Shown: positions 1 through 8,102 of the stretch, piece after piece
Layout: every line of letters starts with the position of its first letter
How positions within the stretch are numbered: the stretch's first letter is position 1
Assembly (NCBI GenBank): GCA_041495865.1
Contig: JBGQDL010000002.1
Location: forward strand, 1-58,850
DNA from: Thermoanaerobaculia bacterium
GTDB taxonomy: Bacteria > Acidobacteriota > Thermoanaerobaculia > UBA5066
DNA length: 58,850 bases
Reading direction: 5' to 3'
Program-made: the position numbers and the translations under genes
The notes under the pieces: model-generated
The model's input: only the letters and a program-made list of their open reading frames with translations
Told to the model about the DNA's origin: nothing
Databases searched by the model: none

Positions 1-1
1 C

Positions 2-562
2 CCGGCGTGGATCGTCCTGAACCTCGGGCCGAGCGAGACGCGCTTCCTCGCGGACGTCATCTTCGACTTCCTGGGCGGTGGCATTGGCGGCCGCGCCGGC
101 GCCATCGAGATCGCTTACGACCCCAGTGAGGGCGGGCTGGACGTCTCCGCGCGCGTCGCGACCGTGAACGCCGACCGGCCCGGCAACGGCACGGCGATTC
201 CCGCGCGGACGCGCTGGGAGGCCCGCGCCCAGGCGACGTTCATCGGCCTCGCCGGTCTCGGGGGCAACGCGGGCTTCCGCGTGAACGCCGGAGCCTTCAA
301 CCCGAACGACCGCGCGGCCGTCGTCACGTTCGTCGTCCGCGACGCCGCCGGGAACGACCTCGGGTCGATCGAGCGCACGTGGGGCCCGCGCGAGTGGTTC
401 CAGATCAACGACGTCCTCGCGGCCGCGGGCGCCCCCGCGGGCGCCGCCGCGTCCCTCCGCGTGGACGCGGGCCTTGCGCTTTTCCCCTTCGCGATCGCGA
501 TCGACAACCGCTCCGGCGACCCCACGTGGCTCGAGCCGGCGCCCCTCCCGGTCCGGTACTGA
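2..562 (+). CDS. hypothetical protein, C-terminal part (5' end lies outside window)
   Basis: Frame 2 is open from base 2 to TGA at 560-562 with high GC3. The GTG at 164 in the ORF track is internal. No recognisable motif. Confidence 0.5.
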   Translation, partial: PAWIVLNLGPSETRFLADVIFDFLGGGIGGRAGAIEIAYDPSEGGLDVSARVATVNADRPGNGTAIPARTRWEARAQATFIGLAGLGGNAGFRVNAGAFNPNDRAAVVTFVVRDAAGNDLGSIERTWGPREWFQINDVLAAAGAPAGAAASLRVDAGLALFPFAIAIDNRSGDPTWLEPAPLPVRY

Positions 563-637
563 CCTCGCCCCGAACGGCGCCTCCCGCGGCGGCCCGCGTC
601 TCCTCGCGCGGGCCGCCGTCTTTCGTAAACTCCCCCC

Positions 638-1264
638 ATGAAGACGCGCGCGGACGCCTGGGCCCTCCTGACCGAATTCACCACGTCGCAGCCGCTCCGC
701 CGCCACGCGCTCGCCGTGGAGGCCACGATGCGCCACCTCGCGCGGTCGACGGGCGTGACGGACGCCTCCGAGATCGAGACGTGGGGTCTCGTCGGGATGC
801 TGCACGATTTCGATTACGAGAAATACCCGACGGAAGCGGATCACGTCTGGCGCGGCATGGAGATCCTGAGGGATCGCGGCTGGCCGGAGGAGATCATCCG
901 CGCGGTCGGCGGGCACGCGTTTTACACGAACATCGAACGGAAGACGCGGATGGAGAAGGCAATCCTCGCGGCGGACGAGTTGACGGGTTTCGCGGGGGCG
1001 TGCGCGCTCATCCGCCCGACGAAGAAGATCGCGGACGTGCCGGTCGAATCCGTCCTGAAGCGCCTCAAGGAGAAGTCCTTTGCGCGCTCCGTGGACCGGA
1101 CCTATGTGACGCGTGGAGCGGAAGAGTGGGGCGTGCCCCTCCCCGAGCTCGTCGCGCTCGTCCTCGCGGCCCAGATCCCGATCGCGGACCGCATCGGGCT
1201 CGGAGGCGCGCCCGCGGCCGACCTGCCGGACTCCCCCGTGCCGCCGGAACCTCCGGCTCCGTAA
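638..1264 (+). CDS. HD-domain metal-dependent phosphohydrolase
   Basis: ATG start. The GMLHDFDY (HD) motif and overall HDIG-like layout are present. 208 aa. Confidence 0.8.
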   Translation: MKTRADAWALLTEFTTSQPLRRHALAVEATMRHLARSTGVTDASEIETWGLVGMLHDFDYEKYPTEADHVWRGMEILRDRGWPEEIIRAVGGHAFYTNIERKTRMEKAILAADELTGFAGACALIRPTKKIADVPVESVLKRLKEKSFARSVDRTYVTRGAEEWGVPLPELVALVLAAQIPIADRIGLGGAPAADLPDSPVPPEPPAP

Positions 1265-1335
1265 GCCCGGGCCGGCCCCGGCAGCCATGTCCGAAAACGG
1301 CTAGTTTTCTGCCCGCCGGGGAGTAGATTCCCGGC

Positions 1336-2829
1336 ATGGACCTCGAGAACGCTGCCTGCGTGAAAGCGATTCAGAGCCGCGACGCCCGTTTCGCGGGCCG
1401 GTTTTTCGTCGGCGTCGTGACGACGCGCGTCTACTGCCGGCCCGGCTGCCCCGCGCCGCTCCCGAAACCGAAGAACATGCGTTTCTACGCGTATGCCGCG
1501 GCCGCGGAAGACGCCGGCTTCCGCCCGTGTCGGCGTTGCCGGCCGGAGACCGCGCCCGGCTCGCCCGTCTGGGACGGCACGTCCGCGACGGTCTCGCGCG
1601 CGCTGAAGCGGATCTTCGACGGCGACGGCCACGAGTCGGTCGAAGCGCTCGCGGAGCGACTCGGCCTCGGCTCGCGGCACCTCCGGCGGCTTTTCGCGGA
1701 GCACGTCGGCGCTTCTCCCGCTTCGCTCCAGCGCACGCATCGCGTCCACTTCGCGCGGCGGCTGCTAGACGAGACGTCGCTCCCGGTCGCGGAAGTCGCG
1801 TTCGCGGCCGGCTTCGAGAGCGTGCGCCGCTTCAACGACGCGATTCGCGCGACGTTCCATCGCACCCCGCGCGAGCTGCGAAGAGAATCGAGACCCCGGG
1901 CGGGCGCAGAAGTGAGGGTCGGGCCCGGCGGGCACGTCGTGCGGCTGACGCTCCCGTTGAGGCTCCCGTTCGATGCGGCGTCGCTTTTTTCTTTCCTTGA
2001 AGACCGCGCCCTACCGGGGGTCGAAGCGGTCCGCGGGCACGCTTACTTTCGCACGATCGAAAGCCGCGGACGCGCCGGGGTTCTCGGCGTCTCGTACGAG
2101 GAGGGGAAACCTTCTCTCGCTCTCACGCTCGATCTTCCGCCGGGCCCGGACCTCCTCGATCTCGTGCGTCGCGCGGGGCGAGTTTTCGATGTCGACGCGG
2201 ACCCTCTCGCGATCGCCGACGTGCTGCGCCGGGACCCGCTCCTCGCTCCGCTCGTCTCGGCCCGCCCCGGACTCCGCGTGCCGGGGGCCTGGGACGCGTT
2301 CGAGCTGGCCGTCCGCGCGATCCTCGGCCAGCAAATCTCCGTGCGGGGTGCGCGCACGCTCGCCGGCCGGCTCGTCGCGGCGTTCGGACGCCCGCTCCCG
2401 GGCGAAGGCGCGGGCGGATTGACGCACGTCTTTCCGCCGCCGGCCGTTCTCGCGGCGGCCGACCTCTCCCGGATCGGCGTCCCACGCTCCCGCGCGGCGG
2501 CGATCCGGACCCTTGCCGGCGCCGTTCATGCCGGGAGACTCGAGCTCGCCGCTCCCCGTGGGCTCGACGACTTCGAGAACCGCATGACGGCGTTGCCGGG
2601 AGTCGGACCCTGGACGGCGCAGGTCGTCGCCCTCCGCGCGTTCGGCGAGCCCGACGCGTTTCCGGCGGGGGACCTCGGCTTGCGCCGCGCTTTCGAAGCC
2701 GCCGGGCTTCCGGCGGACGCCGCGGCGCTCCGGGCGCGCGCCGCCTCCTGGAGTCCCTACCGCGCGTACGCGACGCTGCACCTCTGGAATTCGCTCGCCG
2801 CTCCCGCCGGAAAAAAGGAGACACGATGA
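1336..2829 (+). CDS. Ada (Zn-binding N-domain + AraC HTH) fused to AlkA-type DNA-3-methyladenine glycosylase II
   Basis: N-terminal CRPGCPA...FRPCRRCRPE is an Ada Zn-Cys4 motif. AraC-type HTH follows (LAERLGLGSRHLRRLF...VAEVAFAAGFESVRRFNDA). C-terminal HhH-GPD is present (ILGQQISVRGA...LPGVGPWTAQVV). Confidence 0.85.
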   Translation: MDLENAACVKAIQSRDARFAGRFFVGVVTTRVYCRPGCPAPLPKPKNMRFYAYAAAAEDAGFRPCRRCRPETAPGSPVWDGTSATVSRALKRIFDGDGHESVEALAERLGLGSRHLRRLFAEHVGASPASLQRTHRVHFARRLLDETSLPVAEVAFAAGFESVRRFNDAIRATFHRTPRELRRESRPRAGAEVRVGPGGHVVRLTLPLRLPFDAASLFSFLEDRALPGVEAVRGHAYFRTIESRGRAGVLGVSYEEGKPSLALTLDLPPGPDLLDLVRRAGRVFDVDADPLAIADVLRRDPLLAPLVSARPGLRVPGAWDAFELAVRAILGQQISVRGARTLAGRLVAAFGRPLPGEGAGGLTHVFPPPAVLAAADLSRIGVPRSRAAAIRTLAGAVHAGRLELAAPRGLDDFENRMTALPGVGPWTAQVVALRAFGEPDAFPAGDLGLRRAFEAAGLPADAAALRARAASWSPYRAYATLHLWNSLAAPAGKKETR

Positions 2830-3338
2830 ACACCACGCCCCTTCTCTTAACCGAGCTCGACACGCCGGCCGGCGCGATCGCCTTCGCGCGCCGCGGCGAG
2901 CGGCTCGTCGCGCTCTCCTTCAAGGACCACTGGCCGAGGCTCCTACGAGAGCTGGAAGCGCGCTTCGGCGACCTCGAGCTCACTCCGGACGCGACCGGCG
3001 GGCAGGCCGGTCGCGCGCTCCGGCGCTACTTCGGCGGCGATCTCCGCGCGCTCGACGCGCTCGAGGTCGACACGGAAGGGACGTCATTCCAGGAGAAAGT
3101 CTGGTCGCGTCTGCGGCGAATTCCCGCCGGCTCGACGCTATCCTATGCGCAGCTCGCGCGCGCGATCGGGAAGCCCTCCGCCGTCCGGGCAGTGGCCGGC
3201 GCGAACGCGCGGAATCCCGTTTCGGTCGTCGTGCCGTGCCACCGGGTCATCGCATCGGACGGAAAGCTCTCCGGGTATGGAGGCGGGATTCCGCGAAAAA
3301 GATGGCTTCTGACACATGAGGGCGCGCTCATCGCGTAG
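2826..3338 (+). CDS. ogt: methylated-DNA--protein-cysteine methyltransferase
   Basis: PCHRVI active-site motif. ATGA overlap with the upstream gene. AGGAG lies upstream of the ATG. Confidence 0.9.
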   Translation: MNTTPLLLTELDTPAGAIAFARRGERLVALSFKDHWPRLLRELEARFGDLELTPDATGGQAGRALRRYFGGDLRALDALEVDTEGTSFQEKVWSRLRRIPAGSTLSYAQLARAIGKPSAVRAVAGANARNPVSVVVPCHRVIASDGKLSGYGGGIPRKRWLLTHEGALIA

Positions 3339-3350
3339 ATAATCGCCCGG

Positions 3351-4709
3351 TTGAATCCGCTTCTCATCGAGAACGCGCTCGTCATCGGGATGACCGCGCC
3401 TTCGGACGTCACGGCCGGCGGGCACGTGCTCGTCGAAGAGGGCGCGATCACGGCTTTGCACGGCGACGCGGAGCGCGGCGCGCGGGAGATCGCGGCCGCG
3501 GGACGGCCGCTCGAGCGACGGGACGCGCGCGGCCTCTGGCTTCTGCCCGGCTTCATCCAGACGCACATCCATCTCTGCCAGACGCTGCTCCGAAACGGGC
3601 CGGACGACCTCCCGCTGCTCCCGTGGCTGAGGACTCACGTCTGGCCGGGCGAGGCGGCGCACGACGAGGCGACGCTCGAAATCTCGGCGCGGCTCGGCCT
3701 CGCCGAGCTCCTCGCGGGCGGCACGACGGCGATTCTCGACATGGGCACGGTGCGCCACACGGATGCGGTGTTCCGCGCGGCAGAAGCTTCGGGCATGCGC
3801 GTCACGAGCGGAAACGCTCTCATGGACGATCCCGCGACGAACCCGCCGGAGCTCCACGCGGGGACGGACGAATCCATCGCGGAGGTCGAGCGCCTCGCCA
3901 AGACATGGCACGGCGCGGCAGGCGGACGGCTCCGCGTGGCCTACTGCCCGCGCTTCGCCGTCTCGTGCACGGACCGCCTCCTCCGCGGCGTCGCCCAACG
4001 CGCGCGGTCGAACGGCCTTCTCGTCCACACGCACGCCTCCGAGAACGCGGACGAGATCGCGCTCGTCGCGCAGCGGACCGGAAAGCGGAACGTGGCCTAT
4101 CTCGACGACGCCGGGATTTCGGGAAGCCACGTCGTCCTCGCCCACGTCATCCACACGGACGAGGCCGAGCGCGCGCTTCTCGCCGCGCGCGGCACGACGG
4201 TGGCCCACTGCCCGTCGTCGAACCTGAAGCTGGCTTCCGGGATCTGTCCGGTTCCGGAGTACCGCGCGCGAGGCATCCGCGTGACGCTCGGCGCGGACGG
4301 CGCGCCGTGCAACGACCGGCTCGACGCGTTCACGGAGATGCGCCTCGCCGCCTTGCTCCCGAAGGTCCGCCTCGGCCCTGCCGCGCTCTCGGCCTGGGAC
4401 GTCGTGCGGATGGCGACGGCCGAAGGGGCCGCTGCGCTCGGCCTTCCCACGGGCACGCTCGAGCCGGGGCGCCGGGCCGACTTCGTGCTCCTCGACCCTG
4501 GCGCGGCCTTCGCCGAGCCGATGGCCTGGCGCGACGACCCGTATGGACCTATCGTTTACAGCATGGACCGGTCGCACGTCGTCGCGACGTTCGTGGAGGG
4601 GATTCCGCGCTACGTTCGCGGGGAGCCCTTCCCTCTCAAGCCCGCGACCGCGGAGATCGGGTCGGCCGTCGCCGCGCTCAAGCGGCGCCGGCCTGAAGAC
4701 ACGAGGTGA
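3351..4709 (+). CDS. amidohydrolase family protein (MTA/SAH deaminase or chlorohydrolase-like)
   Basis: LLPGFIQTHIHLCQT carries the HxH metal motif. ...HTHASEN... and the C-terminal DFVLLD pattern are typical of the amidohydrolase_1 family. TTG start. Confidence 0.8.
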   Translation: MNPLLIENALVIGMTAPSDVTAGGHVLVEEGAITALHGDAERGAREIAAAGRPLERRDARGLWLLPGFIQTHIHLCQTLLRNGPDDLPLLPWLRTHVWPGEAAHDEATLEISARLGLAELLAGGTTAILDMGTVRHTDAVFRAAEASGMRVTSGNALMDDPATNPPELHAGTDESIAEVERLAKTWHGAAGGRLRVAYCPRFAVSCTDRLLRGVAQRARSNGLLVHTHASENADEIALVAQRTGKRNVAYLDDAGISGSHVVLAHVIHTDEAERALLAARGTTVAHCPSSNLKLASGICPVPEYRARGIRVTLGADGAPCNDRLDAFTEMRLAALLPKVRLGPAALSAWDVVRMATAEGAAALGLPTGTLEPGRRADFVLLDPGAAFAEPMAWRDDPYGPIVYSMDRSHVVATFVEGIPRYVRGEPFPLKPATAEIGSAVAALKRRRPEDTR

Positions 4710-4715
4710 TCGTCG

Positions 4716-5177
4716 ATGTCGAAGAAGACCGCCCTCCTCAAGAACATCCTCGTCGGGACAGACTTTTCCGTCTGCGCCGCACGGGCCTTCTCGTTCGCCG
4801 TGTCGCTCGCGGCGTCGCAGGGCGCGAAGATCCACATCGTGCACGTCCTCATCGAGCCCGTGCAGGCGTTCGACGTGGCGGGCGCGCTCCCCTACCTCGA
4901 CGTGTCGACCCAGAAGGAATGGGAAGACGCCACGAAGAAGCGCCTGGCGGCCGCGGTCGCCTCCGCCGAGAAGCGCGGGGTCTCGGCGACGTCGGAGTTC
5001 CTCTGGGGCCGCCCGTCGGACGTCCTCGTCGAAGCGGCCGTCAAGACGAAGGCCTCGCTCGTCGTCCTCGGGACGCACGGCCGAAACGCGCTCGAGAAGC
5101 TCCTCATCGGCTCGACGGCCGAGCGCGTCGTGCGCATCTGCCCGGTGCCCGTATTGACCGTCCGCGAGAAGCGCTGA
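4716..5177 (+). CDS. universal stress protein (UspA family)
   Basis: KNILVGTDFS...LVVLGTHGRNALEKLLIGSTAERVVRICPVPVLTV is a canonical Usp ATP-binding C-terminus. Confidence 0.85.
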   Translation: MSKKTALLKNILVGTDFSVCAARAFSFAVSLAASQGAKIHIVHVLIEPVQAFDVAGALPYLDVSTQKEWEDATKKRLAAAVASAEKRGVSATSEFLWGRPSDVLVEAAVKTKASLVVLGTHGRNALEKLLIGSTAERVVRICPVPVLTVREKR

Positions 5178-5193
5178 AAACGGACCCCCGGTC

Positions 5194-5595
5194 TCAGCGG
5201 ACCGGTGAAAAGCCTTCTTCAAAGAAGTGGCGATCGAAGGCGAAGACTTCGTCGATTCCCGCCTCCCGGGCGGCAACGAAAGAAACCGCGTCGACGAGGC
5301 TGAGGCCGCGTTTTCTCTTCGTGAGAAGAAGCTCCAGCCCACGCTCGTGGAGCGATTCATCGACCCAGCGAATCTCGAGAAGCGGCGAGAAGCCTTGGCG
5401 AAAGGCTCGTACGGACTCGTGGCCAAGACGCCTTTCGCAGAGAGCGTACGTTTCGACGAGGACATACGACGTGGTCAACAGCTCAGCCTGACGATCTCTC
5501 AGCATGCCGAATGCGCGCCTGGCCGCACCGTGGGAAACGTCACTCGCGACGAGAATCGCGAGAAATGCCGACGTGTCCGCGAAGATCCGATTCAC
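5194..5595 (-). CDS. vapC: PIN-domain toxin (VapC family)
   Basis: Four acidic PIN residues are placed as expected: IFADTS, LVETYA, LVDAVSF, FAFDRHF. GTG start at 5595 overlaps the antitoxin TGA (GTGA). The longer 182-aa ORF start is rejected. Confidence 0.8.
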   Translation of the reverse strand: MNRIFADTSAFLAILVASDVSHGAARRAFGMLRDRQAELLTTSYVLVETYALCERRLGHESVRAFRQGFSPLLEIRWVDESLHERGLELLLTKRKRGLSLVDAVSFVAAREAGIDEVFAFDRHFFEEGFSPVR

Positions 5596-5840
5596 TCGAA
5601 GGCTTTCGCGAGATGTCGATCGTGCCGGGAGGAGACGTCGGGCGCCCCCGACCTGTCCTTGAAGGCTCCGACGAGTCGCGCCGCCCGCTCGAAGAGAGTG
5701 GCGCGATCCCTGCCCCCTTCGACGAGACTCACGTCGATACACTGGCGGATCGCCTCGGCCAATGACACCTTTTTCTCGCGCGCCAGCGCGCGGATCTTCC
5801 GACTCTGCTTCTCCGTGAGCTGAATCTGCGTTCGGATCAT
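5592..5840 (-). CDS. vapB: ribbon-helix-helix (CopG/VapB-type) antitoxin
   Basis: 82 aa. MIRTQIQLTEKQSRKIRALAREKKVSLAEAIRQCI is a beta-strand plus two helices, as in RHH folds. It sits immediately upstream of, and overlaps, the PIN gene. Confidence 0.75.
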   Translation of the reverse strand: MIRTQIQLTEKQSRKIRALAREKKVSLAEAIRQCIDVSLVEGGRDRATLFERAARLVGAFKDRSGAPDVSSRHDRHLAKAFE

Positions 5841-5846
5841 GGCGAT

Positions 5847-5875
5847 AGTGTAATCACATCATGCTGTCATGTCAA
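5847..5875 (-). promoter_or_regulatory. sigma70-like promoter for vapBC (TTGACA-17 nt-TACACT), probably giving a leaderless mRNA
   Basis: The minus strand reads TTGACA (5875-5870), a 17-nt spacer, TACACT (5852-5847), 6 nt, then the ATG at 5840. Confidence 0.4.
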
Positions 5876-5912
5876 CAGAGCGCCCGGTCTCCGGACGGCC
5901 CGCGATCCGTCC

Positions 5913-6491
5913 TCAACCGTTCGGGATCTCCCAGAGATCCTTCACGGCCGCGTGGTCCCACGGGATGCGCCACTCGTCGGGTTCCCGGGCGTCGAACGTG
6001 CGCGTCACGATGTAGAGGAGCGCGCAGGGGTTCGTGAGCGGCCGGTAGCCGTGCGCGACGCCTTCGGGGATCCGGACGAGGACGTCGTGCCCGTCGCCGG
6101 CGACGACGACCTGCGTCCGGCCGGACGTCGGCGAGTCCTTGCGCACGTCGAAGAGGACGAACTTCGCCTTCGAAGGGGAGGGGCAGAACCAGATGTCCTG
6201 CTGCTTGAGGTGGTAGTGCAACCCCTTGATGTGGTTCTCCGCGTTCACGATCGTGAAGTTGACCTGCGCGACCGGAACGTCCTTGAAGAAGGCCGCGAGC
6301 GCTTCGCTGCCGGGATGGTCGCCCTTCGCGCGGTAGATTTCCATGAGGAACCCGCGGTCATCCACGTGCCGCGCGAGAACGTGGATCTTCACGCCCGCAA
6401 GGGGCGTCGACGCCCGGTAGGTCTTGACTGAAGAGCGGAACTCGTCCGCGATGTCGTCCGGCGCGAGGGCCGGCGGGTGAGAAACCGTCAT
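5913..6491 (-). CDS. dTDP-4-dehydrorhamnose 3,5-epimerase-like cupin (RmlC family)
   Basis: DDRGFLMEIYR...HIKGLHYH...VLVRIPEGVAHGY motifs are present. Internal ATG at 6491 is chosen over the 6548 start. Confidence 0.8.
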   Translation of the reverse strand: MTVSHPPALAPDDIADEFRSSVKTYRASTPLAGVKIHVLARHVDDRGFLMEIYRAKGDHPGSEALAAFFKDVPVAQVNFTIVNAENHIKGLHYHLKQQDIWFCPSPSKAKFVLFDVRKDSPTSGRTQVVVAGDGHDVLVRIPEGVAHGYRPLTNPCALLYIVTRTFDAREPDEWRIPWDHAAVKDLWEIPNG

Positions 6492-6583
6492 GCGTGCTCC
6501 CCTGGGCCGACATTCTAAGCGGCCCCTGGTGTATCTTCCGCGAAACATTCCGGCGCCGCGCGGTGCGCACAGGAGGGCGACAC

Positions 6584-8095
6584 GTGCCTCAGAACCCGCT
6601 GTTTGCGACGAAGTCCATGGAACGCCTCATCGAGGAGATGAAGAGCGAAGACCGTCTCCGTCGCATTCTGGGACCGGTGCAGCTCACGAGCCTGGGAGTT
6701 GGGGCGATCATCGGTGCCGGCATCTTCGTGGCAACGGGGGCTGCGGCCCACAACGTGGGAGGGCCCGCGATCATGCTCTCCTATGTCGTCGCCGGCATCA
6801 CGTGCATCTTCGCGGCCCTCTGCTATGCGGAGTTCGCGTCGATGGTGCCGGTCGCCGGCTCGGCCTACACGTACGCGTACGCGACGATGGGAGAGCTTTT
6901 CGCCTGGATCATCGGATGGGACCTCGTGCTCGAGTACGCCGTGGGCAGCGCGACGGTCGCGACGGGCTGGTCAGGCTACTTCCAGAACGTGCTCTCGAAG
7001 CTCGGAGTCCAGCTTCCGCTCCTCGTCCGTGAGTCGCCGTGGCGCTACGACGCGACCGTCGGGAAATTCCTGTCGACCGGCTCGGTCGTCAATCTCCCGG
7101 CGATCATCATCGTCGCGATCGTCACGGCGATCCTCGTCAAGGGAATCCAGGAGAGCGCCTCGTTCAACGCCGCCATGGTGATGATCAAGCTGGCCGCCGT
7201 GCTTTTCGTGATCGGCGTCGGTGTTTTCTTCATCGATACGGCGAACTGGCACCCGTTCGCGCCCTTCGGATGGACGGGCATCAGCTTCTTCGGCTACCAC
7301 GTGGCCGGCCAGACCGACCCGGGCGGCGCGCCGATCGGGATGCTGGCGGGCGCGGCGATCATCTTCTTCGCCTACATCGGCTTCGACTCGGTCTCCACGC
7401 ACACCGAGGAGGCCCGGAACCCGAAGCGTGACGTGCCGATCGGGATCGTCGCGTCGCTCATCATCTGCACCGTGCTGTACATCCTGGTCGTCGCGGTGCT
7501 GACCGGAATGGTCAAGTACAACGAGATCGACATCAACGCGCCCGTGAGCCGCGCCTTCCAGCAAAAGGGCATCGGCTGGGCCGAAGGCATCATCGCCACG
7601 GCCGGCGTCGCGGGCATCACGTCCGTGCTGCTCGTCATGATGCTGAGCGGCCCGCGCGTCTTCCTGGCGATGGCGCGCGACGGCCTCGTGTCCCATGACT
7701 TCTTCGGCGCCGTCCACGAGAAGTTCCGGACTCCGTGGAAGTCGACGATCGCGATCGGACTCTTCGTCTCGATCGGCGCGGGCTTCGCGCCGATCGACTT
7801 CCTCCTGCATCTGGCGAACATCGGGACGCTCCTGGCGTTCGTGATCGTCTGCGGAGCCGTCCTGATCATGCGTCGCACGAATCCGCGGGTCGAGCGCCCC
7901 TTCCGCTGCCCATGGGTTCCGTTCGTGCCGATCATGGGCATTCTGATGTGCCTCCTCCTGATGTTCTCCCTCCCGACGGGGAACTGGTGGCGCCTCGGAG
8001 GCTGGCTGCTCATCGGCCTCGTGATCTATTTCAGCTACGGGCGACACCACTCGGTCCTGCAGGTGGACCGGGACCGCGGAATCCCCGCGCACTGA
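6584..8095 (+). CDS. amino acid permease (APC superfamily, cationic amino acid transporter-like)
   Basis: LTSLGVGAIIGAGIFVATG...YAEFASMVPVAGSAYTYAY is present with about 12 predicted TM segments. GTG at 6584 lies 7-8 nt after AGGAGG. Confidence 0.85.
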   Translation: MPQNPLFATKSMERLIEEMKSEDRLRRILGPVQLTSLGVGAIIGAGIFVATGAAAHNVGGPAIMLSYVVAGITCIFAALCYAEFASMVPVAGSAYTYAYATMGELFAWIIGWDLVLEYAVGSATVATGWSGYFQNVLSKLGVQLPLLVRESPWRYDATVGKFLSTGSVVNLPAIIIVAIVTAILVKGIQESASFNAAMVMIKLAAVLFVIGVGVFFIDTANWHPFAPFGWTGISFFGYHVAGQTDPGGAPIGMLAGAAIIFFAYIGFDSVSTHTEEARNPKRDVPIGIVASLIICTVLYILVVAVLTGMVKYNEIDINAPVSRAFQQKGIGWAEGIIATAGVAGITSVLLVMMLSGPRVFLAMARDGLVSHDFFGAVHEKFRTPWKSTIAIGLFVSIGAGFAPIDFLLHLANIGTLLAFVIVCGAVLIMRRTNPRVERPFRCPWVPFVPIMGILMCLLLMFSLPTGNWWRLGGWLLIGLVIYFSYGRHHSVLQVDRDRGIPAH

Positions 8096-8102
8096 GGGCG
8101 CC

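Noticed and set aside
1265-1335. Ada box upstream of the ada-alkA fusion
   Set aside because: No AAAGCGCA-like element was recognisable by eye. The regulatory claim is left open.
3138-5465. 775-aa minus-strand ORF spanning the amidohydrolase and usp region
   Set aside because: It is Arg/Pro/Gly/Glu-rich low-complexity translation antisense to well-supported genes. This is typical of open antisense frames in high-GC DNA.
6492-6583. Possible riboswitch or leader upstream of the amino acid permease
   Set aside because: I saw only a direct repeat of CCCCTGG and a partial copy of the AT-rich motif (TTCTAAGC). No convincing stem-loops or known riboswitch core were seen.
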